A stretch of DNA of 47,518 nucleotides, taken from a bacterium (GTDB taxonomy: Bacteria; 4484-113). The notes below the pieces were generated by a model, which saw nothing but the letters and a program-made list of their open reading frames with translations, was not told the DNA's origin and did no database searches. This document shows positions 7,707 through 15,516 of the stretch, in pieces (the first letter of the stretch is position 1; every line of letters begins with the position of its first letter). Where the stretch lies: contig JAOZQG010000005.1 of the NCBI GenBank assembly GCA_029932365.1, positions 1 through 47,518 of the forward strand, in the 5' to 3' direction. A program made the position numbers and the translations under genes.

Positions 7707-10373
7707 CTAATAACTCGCGTAGCCGGCGGAGGTGCCGCCCCAGCCCGTTGCCAGGCCCTTCTGGAGGTCAAACCAGTCGCCGGTCGGCGTGATTATGTCG
7801 AACTCCAATCTCTCCTTGGCTTGCACTTCAACAGGATACCTGGGGAAAGCGTTGATGAAAAAGTTCACGTAGTACTCGTCGCGATAGGACGAGTAACCCA
7901 TGTTCATCGTAGTGCACGTACTGCGCTTCTGTATCTGCACCCGGTCGAAGACCTGCCCGTTCTTGAAGCCCGAGTACGTTCCCGTAACATAGAAGTTCCA
8001 GCCACGCTTGTACCGTCTCGAATAGGAGAAACGATAGCTGCGGAGAGGCACAGGCCTGCTAGTAATACCGTAGCCCTGCAGTTCCGTAGTCATCTGCCAG
8101 TCAATCCACCAGTTCCCCGATGGCGCGCTGTAGCTGATGTCTGTGGTCAGGTCTGAAAACCTCTTGCTTTCTATGTCGTACCCCGAGGAAAAGCTTATGT
8201 CCATATCCGGCGAGGGATACAGCTTCCAGGTGGATGATAGCCTGCTCCAGGTATGCCTTTGGAAATTGTAGGTTGTGCGAAATGCCAGCTGCCACCATCG
8301 CTTATTGAAGAAGTCCATATTGAGATTCACCGAATGGGAAGAACGGACTCGGTCGCCCAGTACCGGTGGGTCCTTAACTCCGTTTTGAACCGTCCGCGCC
8401 CACCGGGCTCCAAAGGAAAACCAGTCGCGATTGTCATAGTCGAACCTGAACGAGGGCTTTAGCGAATACTGGGCATTGCCGTCACCGTACATATACTGGG
8501 CAATTCCGACGGAGGTCGTTAGCGTTGTGTGGTTGCCTTTGAAGGTTTTGCCCCATCCTGTATCCGCCTTAAAGCGGAGAGTGCTCTGCGGTTCCAGATC
8601 ACGGCCACGTCGTTCATAGGTTTCTTCAAGGTACATCGTCAGACCGTTAAAGGGAGTATTCTTACCCAGAGCCGACCGCCTGATATTTATTTGCAGTCCT
8701 GGTTGTAGCTTACTATAAGACCGGTTGACATCCTGAGTATTACGGTCGCCATCGAAATCCAATCCCCTTTCGTAGTACTTCAGGCTAACACTATAGTCGG
8801 GCCGAGAATAGGTCAAATCACCGGAGAAATCGCCCCACAGGTCCATTGGCTCCCCGGTGGTGGACTTATTGCCGACTAGGGATTGCCTAATATCGAGATT
8901 GGTTTTTCGGTTTATCTTGTGAGAAAAGGAGAAATTCAGGCTGGTGTTGTTGGTTTGCCTTCGGGTTATTTCACCACCGTCAACCGTCGGTGTCGAGCTT
9001 GTGATGGAGATATTCTGGGTTCCCCTAAGGCTGATATTGCCTTTGGGACGCCGGAACTGCAGATTCAGCTTATTATTCATTGTATTGGTGCGACCGCGGT
9101 AGGTCGTGGGAACATTGACACGCTTGATTGAAAGGTCTCCGGTTAGGTCGCCGGTGAAATTAAGTTCCTGCAGCAGCTCGTATTCGTAGTTCGTTTGCGG
9201 CTCATACACAATGCCGGTTTTCTCGTCTTTTTCTCCCTCAATCTGCTGCTGATAAAATCCGCGCACGGTCGTAACTCCAATCGGAGTGGCGAAATCGTGG
9301 CGCAGGCCGGTGCCGGGGCCCTGTTTCTGGGTCAGCTCCAGCAAGGCTACGCCGAGCAAAACTGCACCAATGACCTCCGAGTACTCGTTCATGTACGTAT
9401 AGGCGAATTTCGCAAAATAGCCCTCTTTCCCCGAATACCCGAAATCCTGCTGGACGGGCGACTCCGTCTGGCGCAGCGGCTTGTAGCGCCGCAGGGGAAA
9501 CGCCAGTTCGGGCACGAACATAACTTTGTGCTCCCTGACGTAGATGTAAACGTGGTGCAGCATCAGGCTGCTGTCCCGGTGCACTCTCGCCTTCCGCGCG
9601 CGAAGCTCGTATTCGTATATCTTGCAGTGCGGCGGACAGGATGTGGCCCACACATTCCACATGTCAAAGTCGTCCATGCTTCCCTTCGCTTCGTCCGCCT
9701 TGAAATAAACGGTTCCCTGAATCTCGGTGCCGCCAGTGTTGCCGGAGACATTAACGAAGGAGAACTCGTTTGTGTCGTAGCTGTAATAGCCCTCGTCGGC
9801 GAACATGACATCGTCTTTTTGCTGCAAAGCCACGCTTCCGCGAAGGTATATGTTCTTCGCTCTGTCGTTCAGCTCGATATAGTCCGCTTCGATTTCCAGA
9901 TCGTCGATGACTATGAGCGCATCGCCCTCCAGAACGGCCGTTCCGGCTTGACGGTCAAATTCCAACCGGTCGTACGCTTCAAGGTAAATCGCGCCTTCAG
10001 CTAAAGGGAGCTCCAAACTCTTGGGCGTTGGAGCGTAGGTCTTCGTGGACACGGAAACGCCGTCACCAGAGGCTTTGGCCTCGGCAATTTCCACGCCGTC
10101 CTCGGCCACCTCTGTTGGCTCGGTCGGTGCCGGCCCGGTTTCACCCGGTGCAAGTTCGGCCTCCTTTTCCATATGCGTGCCGGACTTCGGGGAAGCGGAC
10201 CCTCCCGACGGATGAAGCACTTCAATGGAGTCGCCCGCCATTGGCCGTGACGGGAAAAGAAACGCGGATAGAATACAGGCGGCCACAACCGCCAGCGCAA
10301 GCCGGCTCTTCGCGCGCAGAGCGCGGAAAAACAAATGTGAACGCACGCACTCGTCAGCCGGGCGGCGTGCCAT
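7707..10373 (-). CDS. lptD: LptD/OstA-like outer-membrane LPS-assembly beta-barrel, 888 aa
   Basis: N-terminal OstA-like jelly-roll (AIYLEAYDRLEFDRQAGTAVLEGDALIVIDDLEIEADYIELNDRAKNIYLRGSVALQQKDDVMFADEGYY) followed by ~650 aa of alternating aromatic/polar beta-strand sequence ending in ..GYASY. ATG 10373 has an AGGAGG SD 7 nt upstream. Confidence 0.62.
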   Translation of the reverse strand: MARRPADECVRSHLFFRALRAKSRLALAVVAACILSAFLFPSRPMAGDSIEVLHPSGGSASPKSGTHMEKEAELAPGETGPAPTEPTEVAEDGVEIAEAKASGDGVSVSTKTYAPTPKSLELPLAEGAIYLEAYDRLEFDRQAGTAVLEGDALIVIDDLEIEADYIELNDRAKNIYLRGSVALQQKDDVMFADEGYYSYDTNEFSFVNVSGNTGGTEIQGTVYFKADEAKGSMDDFDMWNVWATSCPPHCKIYEYELRARKARVHRDSSLMLHHVYIYVREHKVMFVPELAFPLRRYKPLRQTESPVQQDFGYSGKEGYFAKFAYTYMNEYSEVIGAVLLGVALLELTQKQGPGTGLRHDFATPIGVTTVRGFYQQQIEGEKDEKTGIVYEPQTNYEYELLQELNFTGDLTGDLSIKRVNVPTTYRGRTNTMNNKLNLQFRRPKGNISLRGTQNISITSSTPTVDGGEITRRQTNNTSLNFSFSHKINRKTNLDIRQSLVGNKSTTGEPMDLWGDFSGDLTYSRPDYSVSLKYYERGLDFDGDRNTQDVNRSYSKLQPGLQINIRRSALGKNTPFNGLTMYLEETYERRGRDLEPQSTLRFKADTGWGKTFKGNHTTLTTSVGIAQYMYGDGNAQYSLKPSFRFDYDNRDWFSFGARWARTVQNGVKDPPVLGDRVRSSHSVNLNMDFFNKRWWQLAFRTTYNFQRHTWSRLSSTWKLYPSPDMDISFSSGYDIESKRFSDLTTDISYSAPSGNWWIDWQMTTELQGYGITSRPVPLRSYRFSYSRRYKRGWNFYVTGTYSGFKNGQVFDRVQIQKRSTCTTMNMGYSSYRDEYYVNFFINAFPRYPVEVQAKERLEFDIITPTGDWFDLQKGLATGWGGTSAGYASY

Positions 10374-10405
10374 TCCCAAACCTCCTGTCATCCCCTGAAG
10401 ACTCA

Positions 10406-10414
10406 ATTGTAGCA
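10406..10414 (-). promoter_or_regulatory. Extended -10 TGcTACAAT for the lptD-like gene
   Basis: The minus strand reads tgctacaat about 32 nt upstream of ATG 10373. It abuts the ORF-track start at 10415, which argues against that start. Confidence 0.4.
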
Positions 10415-10476
10415 CCGGGCTCGCGGTTGCGAATCCTTAGGGGAGACGAACAGCCGGCATTCCCCGTTCGACAGCG

Positions 10477-11700
10477 CTAAAAACGGATTATCGCGACCTC
10501 GCTGCCAGCGTCGAGGCGGTCACCGGCCATCCGGGGAAAGGCGAAACAGGTTCCTTCAACAAGCGACGTGAGCGTAGCACCGGATATCTGGCATATCAGG
10601 CTAACCTCAGCCGTATTGACGAACTCGCTCGAAGGCCGTTCCCTGCCAATCCAAATATCGTCTTCGGGATTTTTCACTTCTGCGGATTCCAGCAGTTTCG
10701 CGGACACGACCGGCACGGTCCCCTCCTGGTCTCCCGCCATTCGCGTCACAAACGGATAGATAAGCAGCGCGAAAAGCGCCTGTATCAGCGGCGGATGGTA
10801 GGGCAGGAAGAAAAGCCACCGGCCTTCGCGCGCGGCCACGCGCAACCTTCCGCAAAGGGGATGGCTCAAGCCTTTGAGCTGCAGCTCCCAATCATTCTCC
10901 AATGCGGCCTCGAAATCCTGCCACTGAGCTGAAGAAAGAATCCCCGAAGCAACCACAACTTCAGCCTGCCCGGATGCGTGGAGCACGGCCTCGTCGACAC
11001 GCTTATGCGCCTCCTGTATCCCCAGCGAGATGAAAGGCAACTGCCTGCGTGCACAAATCCCGGCGACTATGGGCGAAAGGAGCTCCGGCGTCGGGTCTTT
11101 CGGCCCCTTGCCCGTGTACGGGTCGTGCAGGCCGCTCCCGAGAATAAGCGACCCAGTAGTCGGTCTGCCCGTTACCTCTACCTCATCCGCCGCCTGGCTG
11201 TAAAGAGCGGCAAAGCCCGGGTCATCAATGCGCCGTCCCCGCGATAACAGCACGTCCTGTTCCCGTATAAAACGTCCACGGCGTATAACACCGCCGAATC
11301 TCTCAGGGCGCGTTTTCACGACAATCTCGTTGTCCTTACGCTCTACCTCGTCCTCTGGCACTACCACGTCCAACGTTTCGGGCAGTAAAGTACCCGCATC
11401 GACAAACACGGCCTGACCGGCTGAAACCCGCCGTTCGAACGTCCGCTGGCCGCCCAGATTGCCGCCAAACTTAAACGATGCGGGCTCATTCCTATCCCGG
11501 TACTTCGCCAGAGCCTCATAGTTGAGAGCGTAGCCGCGTTCTTCAGCCAGGTTGTGCACGGGGTAAGGCTCTTGCGCCAGGACATCCGCCGCCGAGTAGT
11601 GAAACAGCGCGTGTCGCAGCGGCGCAGTGCCGGTGCCCAGCGGACGGGCTAGTTCCAGCAACCGACTCCGGGCTTCTCGCCAGCTTGGTTGGATGAGCAT
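10477..11700 (-). CDS. MoeA-family (molybdopterin molybdotransferase-like) protein, divergent
   Basis: The N-terminus (REARSRLLELARPLGTGTAPLRHALFHYSAADVLAQEPYPVHNLAEERGYAL) follows the MoeA_N pattern, but SAMDGYA is replaced by AEERGYA and the MoCF-binding stretch is degenerate (ILGSGLHD). Confidence 0.45.
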   Translation of the reverse strand: MLIQPSWREARSRLLELARPLGTGTAPLRHALFHYSAADVLAQEPYPVHNLAEERGYALNYEALAKYRDRNEPASFKFGGNLGGQRTFERRVSAGQAVFVDAGTLLPETLDVVVPEDEVERKDNEIVVKTRPERFGGVIRRGRFIREQDVLLSRGRRIDDPGFAALYSQAADEVEVTGRPTTGSLILGSGLHDPYTGKGPKDPTPELLSPIVAGICARRQLPFISLGIQEAHKRVDEAVLHASGQAEVVVASGILSSAQWQDFEAALENDWELQLKGLSHPLCGRLRVAAREGRWLFFLPYHPPLIQALFALLIYPFVTRMAGDQEGTVPVVSAKLLESAEVKNPEDDIWIGRERPSSEFVNTAEVSLICQISGATLTSLVEGTCFAFPRMAGDRLDAGSEVAIIRF

Positions 11701-11708
11701 ACGGGCGT

Positions 11709-11737
11709 ATTGTAAACGTCACGGGTGATAGGCGCAA
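11709..11737 (-). promoter_or_regulatory. TTGCGC-N17-TACAAT promoter 8 nt from the MoeA-like ATG (leaderless geometry)
   Basis: On the minus strand, TACAAT is at 11714..11709, TTGCGC is at 11737..11732 with a 17-nt spacer, and the ATG is at 11700. Confidence 0.35.
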
Positions 11738-11979
11738 TGGCAATCTGTATTTTGTGCACCGTCATCGTTTGTCTGTGCTTATGTGTAGCGGCTAAATGCC
11801 CGGCCTGTGATCCCTCACTGGACCACCAGCGAAACGCTGGGCTCGTGAGCCGGTGCCTGAAACCACCCTCACTGCATAGCGAAAAGGCGCGACGCCAATG
11901 CCGGGTTGCCGGGTGCGCTAATGTCGCCGTGGCGCGTTACCTGACCATCTTAAAGGCAAATGCAAGCGCGGTTTAGCCG

Positions 11980-11988
11980 TGGTATAAT
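11980..11988 (+). promoter_or_regulatory. Canonical extended -10 TGgTATAAT for the minor-pilin operon
   Basis: tggtataat ends 24 nt upstream of ATG 12013, with a GAGGGTGA SD in between. Confidence 0.45.
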
Positions 11989-12012
11989 TTATGGTCTGAG
12001 GGTGATGCGGTA

Positions 12013-12498
12013 ATGAGAACGCAAAAGGCTGCGGCGCGCCCGAAAGGGTACACATTGGCCGAGCTGATGATCATCGTCTTCATCATAGGTGTGCTCGCTA
12101 CAATAGCAGCTCCGTTCCTCCTGAGAACCCTACGCTATAGCGCTCTGGAAGGCGCGGCCGACGATATGATATCCACCTTCGCGCTGGCCCGCTCGCAGGC
12201 TATCTCCAACAACACCTATTGCCAGATCAGATTCGATATGGATATGGGCATTGCGCGCGTGTTCGAATACCAGCCGGAAACCGAGGACTGGATTGTAACG
12301 ACCGACCCAGTAGTGCTGCCTGAGACCATTACATTTCAAGAAGGAGGGGTGACCTTCCCGGGCGGAGTGGCGACGTTTGACCCTCACGGTTCCCTTATCG
12401 AATCCGGCAGCATTACGCTCCTCGGACCTATGGGAAACACGTTGCAGCTTAACGCCATACTAGCTTCCGGCAGGCTGCTCCGTTCAGAGGAGGAATGA
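12013..12498 (+). CDS. Minor pilin/pseudopilin, GspH/FimT-like
   Basis: Prepilin leader and methylation motif: PKG|YTLAELMIIVFIIGVLATIAAPFL with Glu at +5. 161 aa. Confidence 0.8.
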   Translation: MRTQKAAARPKGYTLAELMIIVFIIGVLATIAAPFLLRTLRYSALEGAADDMISTFALARSQAISNNTYCQIRFDMDMGIARVFEYQPETEDWIVTTDPVVLPETITFQEGGVTFPGGVATFDPHGSLIESGSITLLGPMGNTLQLNAILASGRLLRSEEE

Positions 12499-12504
12499 TA
12501 GTTA

Positions 12505-12957
12505 ATGGCTGTTAGGACGAAACCAGGCGGCTTTAGAGCCCTTCTATCCGGGTCGCGCGGCTTCACCCTGATAGAACTCCTGTTCGCCGTTATGGTCTTC
12601 CTTATCGGTATCGTATCCGTGGTCTGGGTAGTCTCGCAATCGCTGCAAGATTCGCGGGAGCTTCATATGCGGATGTCCGCTACCTATCTGGCTCAGCAGA
12701 AAGCCGAAGAACTGCGCAATGCGGACTATTACACGTTGACTAGCGGACAGGACGTGGACGAAGAGGGCTTCCCTATAGAGCTCGACTCCTACGGTAATCC
12801 TGGCGGCATATACTCCCGCAGCTGGGTTGTCGAGGATGACACCCCTATTGTCGGAACTAAAACCGTTACCGTCTACGTAAGCTGGACCGAGGCCGAAATG
12901 GAGACTATCTCCATCGTCACCGTGGTGGGGCAACCGTATCCGGAGGGGATGATGTAG
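12505..12957 (+). CDS. Minor pilin, PilV/GspI-like
   Basis: SRG|FTLIELLFAVMVFLIGIVSV prepilin motif. 150 aa. A GAGGAGGA SD lies upstream. Confidence 0.8.
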   Translation: MAVRTKPGGFRALLSGSRGFTLIELLFAVMVFLIGIVSVVWVVSQSLQDSRELHMRMSATYLAQQKAEELRNADYYTLTSGQDVDEEGFPIELDSYGNPGGIYSRSWVVEDDTPIVGTKTVTVYVSWTEAEMETISIVTVVGQPYPEGMM

Positions 12958-12960
12958 CCC

Positions 12961-13566
12961 ATGCGAAAGCAACAAATAAAGAGCCGCAAGGGCTTTACGC
13001 TGATAGAGCTTTTAATCGCCGCGTCGCTAACCACTATCATTCTGGGCGCAATCTCCATGGTATTTATTTCCACCATGCGTACCTCCGCCGTGGGAAGAGT
13101 CCGCCTGCAAATGCAGCAGAACATACGCGACACTCTGGGCTATATGTCCAGGATGATACGCTTCGCCGGCATCAGGCCGGTAGATGAGGGAATCGAGGAA
13201 ATCGGAACCCACCACATCATCTTCCAGTGCGACCGCGACGGCGACGGTATCACCAATCGCTATATGTTCGAATACATCGATTACCAGAACAAGATAACTC
13301 TGACCGAGTGGGTGAAGAGCGGTGCGAATTACAATATCGTCCGCGGACCGGAAACGGTGATGCCAAACGTCTCGGACCTGGTATTTGCGTATTATACGAA
13401 AGATAATGTGGAAACGACTAATCCGGCGGAGGTTACTGCCGTTAGAATATCCATTACGATGATCCCCCCGCCAAACGAGCACGAGACGACGCGCGAATTC
13501 GTGGGCGAGCTGAAGCAGTCCACGCTGGTGTACTGTCCCAATCTGGCGTGGCGGCTCCCGCCTTAG
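12961..13566 (+). CDS. Minor pilin, PilW/GspJ-like
   Basis: SRKG|FTLIELLIAASLTTIILGAISMVFIS prepilin motif. 201 aa. Confidence 0.8.
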   Translation: MRKQQIKSRKGFTLIELLIAASLTTIILGAISMVFISTMRTSAVGRVRLQMQQNIRDTLGYMSRMIRFAGIRPVDEGIEEIGTHHIIFQCDRDGDGITNRYMFEYIDYQNKITLTEWVKSGANYNIVRGPETVMPNVSDLVFAYYTKDNVETTNPAEVTAVRISITMIPPPNEHETTREFVGELKQSTLVYCPNLAWRLPP

Positions 13567-13607
13567 TAAACCAGACCGGATTACGATATGTAAGGAGCTG
13601 ACAAACC

Positions 13608-15392
13608 TTGATTAACGCAAGAAGGAAGTGGCTGAGGGGGAAACGTGGAATCGCACTCGTATTCGTAATGATCGTGATGGCGATTGCCCTGGCGCTTGCC
13701 CTGGCCATCGGATACATGCTCTTCAGCGAAATTTCCTCGAGTCGCCGCTCAACAAGCGTCACGCAGGCCTTCTTCGCCGCAGAAGGCGGCCAGGAGTACG
13801 CCCGGCGGCTGCTGGACTTTACGATGGAGACCTTCTCGGTACCCACTGCCACCAGAACAGCCGAGATGAATGCCTACGCTGCCAAAGCCCTGGCGGGAGA
13901 CCGAACAAATGACGACGACATCGGCGTTCTTAGGGATTTCGTGCCCGGCTTCGACCAGTTCCTTCCGCGCAACGAGGTTGCGATATCCGCCGAATTGGGC
14001 GAAGGAGACAACACGGTCGTTTACGAGGTCTCGTACGATTTTACGCCGACGGACGTTGACTATCCGGACCCCGCGGATCCGTCGGGTGCGTACGTCTTTT
14101 ACTACGACTACTCGATAACCGCCATCGGCAAAAAACCCTATTCCACGCTGTCCGGCGAACAGAAAACCCAGCTCACGGGCAGCTTTGAGGTTACAATTTT
14201 CCATCCCAGCTTCGCCTTTTACAACTTTTTTACCGTGCGCATGGACTACAACGGGTCGCAGATCTACTTCGCCAGTGATGAAATGCTTGCCGGACCGGTC
14301 TACGTGGGCAGCCGTCCCGGCTTCGCCGGCGATTATCACGGCGGCGGCCCCACCTTCACCGACCAGTTCCAGTCTACATGGCCCAGCTATGAAACTGCGA
14401 AGAAAATCTACAACCCGGTAGTGCAATGGAATGAGGAATACCCGCCGCTGTGGGGCGTGGACCCCGTTCCCACTCCTCAGAATTCGTTCAGCCAGTCGCG
14501 CGTTTCAATGGGAGACCTTGCCGGTGCCGGAGATATGAGCCCCCTGACCCATGAAGAACGCAGAGAAAACCTAGGGCTCATCCCCGGAGGCTCATCCCCG
14601 CCTGAGGGCGTCTACTGGGCAGCAGGAGACGGAACGACGGACGAGGGCAACAATACGGAGGACCTTCTGGGCGGTATCTATGTCTACGGCGACGTTGACC
14701 AGATGAGGCTGGCCGCCAACGGAAACCACCAGTACATCTCGATTCGCCAGGGAGGCGAACAGACCATTATTGATATTAACAACGCCGCGGGCACAACCAC
14801 AGTGTACCCACCCGACGACCCGGCGAAAACTTACGAGGGCGTGCCCAACGGCGTGGTTTATGTTGACGGCGAGCTGGACAATTTGGGCGGCGACCAAGAC
14901 TACGCGGCGCACATCCAGCGCGACACCCAGATGACTATAGCCTCTGACAGAGGGATGTACTTAGACGACCACATCCTTTACGAGGAAGACCCACGGGAAG
15001 TAGACGACGCGCAAAACGTCCTCGGGCTTTTCTCGGGGCGAGGAAACGTGCTAATCTCCGACGACGCGCCCTACGGCATGACGGTGCACGCCATCTTTAT
15101 GGCCGCCAGCGAAGACCACGGCTTCGGTGTGGAGAACTTCAGATACAAGCCTCCCAGCGGTCCCCTGAATATACTCGGTGGGATTATCATGGACAGCTAC
15201 CAGGCCATCGGCACGTTCAACTACTACGGGCAACAGAGCGGCTATTACAAGAATTTCACCTACGACTACCGGCTGCTCGACCGCGAGTTTGCACCGCCTT
15301 TCTTTCCAGTGGTTGAGCCTTTCGTGGGCCGTTTGCGCTCCATCAACCGTACCGACTGGGCACAGGTTATACCCGAGCTCCCGGAGGCATAA
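13608..15392 (+). CDS. Giant PilX/GspK-like minor pilin (594 aa) with a long C-terminal extension
   Basis: TTG start with a TAAGGAG SD. Hydrophobic N-terminus RGIALVFVMIVMAIALALALAIGYML lacks Glu+5, followed by QAFFAAEGGQEYA, the PilX_N/GspK hallmark. The remaining ~500 aa are unassigned. Confidence 0.7.
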   Translation: MINARRKWLRGKRGIALVFVMIVMAIALALALAIGYMLFSEISSSRRSTSVTQAFFAAEGGQEYARRLLDFTMETFSVPTATRTAEMNAYAAKALAGDRTNDDDIGVLRDFVPGFDQFLPRNEVAISAELGEGDNTVVYEVSYDFTPTDVDYPDPADPSGAYVFYYDYSITAIGKKPYSTLSGEQKTQLTGSFEVTIFHPSFAFYNFFTVRMDYNGSQIYFASDEMLAGPVYVGSRPGFAGDYHGGGPTFTDQFQSTWPSYETAKKIYNPVVQWNEEYPPLWGVDPVPTPQNSFSQSRVSMGDLAGAGDMSPLTHEERRENLGLIPGGSSPPEGVYWAAGDGTTDEGNNTEDLLGGIYVYGDVDQMRLAANGNHQYISIRQGGEQTIIDINNAAGTTTVYPPDDPAKTYEGVPNGVVYVDGELDNLGGDQDYAAHIQRDTQMTIASDRGMYLDDHILYEEDPREVDDAQNVLGLFSGRGNVLISDDAPYGMTVHAIFMAASEDHGFGVENFRYKPPSGPLNILGGIIMDSYQAIGTFNYYGQQSGYYKNFTYDYRLLDREFAPPFFPVVEPFVGRLRSINRTDWAQVIPELPEA

Positions 15393-15429
15393 ACGCCGCG
15401 GCGGCCTTAGACTGGCATTGAAACGAATT

Positions 15430-15452
15430 ATGCCCTAGAATATTAAGGGCAT
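15430..15452 (+). terminator. Short hairpin after the pilX-like gene
   Basis: ATGCCCT-agaatatta-AGGGCAT, a 7-bp stem with no U-tract. Weak. Confidence 0.2.
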
Positions 15453-15463
15453 TCAGAAAAAGC

Positions 15464-15471
15464 TGTATAAT
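15464..15471 (+). promoter_or_regulatory. -10 element TGTATAAT upstream of pilB
   Basis: ctgtataat lies 45 nt upstream of ATG 15517 and is followed by a G8 tract at 15477..15484. Confidence 0.4.
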
Positions 15472-15516
15472 TTCGAGGGGGGGGTTGACTCTCCCATATG
15501 GCGTTGAAAGGCGAAT

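Noticed and set aside
9195-10004. 269-aa + strand ORF antisense to the lptD-like gene
   Set aside because: It is a shadow ORF with no SD or promoter and a low-complexity, Arg-rich composition.
10421-10436. tRNA T-arm-like sequence ggttgcgaatcc
   Set aside because: It has one extra base relative to GGTTCGAATCC, there is no acceptor or anticodon arm, and the intergenic space is only about 100 nt.
11725-11976. 83-aa Cys-rich hydrophobic small ORF (GTG start) in the MoeA-like / minor-pilin spacer
   Set aside because: It has no SD, its start lies within the divergent promoter of the MoeA-like gene, and its composition is consistent with a random open frame. I kept the spacer itself as an unexplained region.
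11701-12012. c-di-GMP (GEMM-type) riboswitch upstream of the pilus genes
   Set aside because: I could not find the conserved GEMM-I or GEMM-II core sequences or the tetraloop-receptor arrangement. The predicted -10 lies downstream of the structured part, so that part would not be in the leader.
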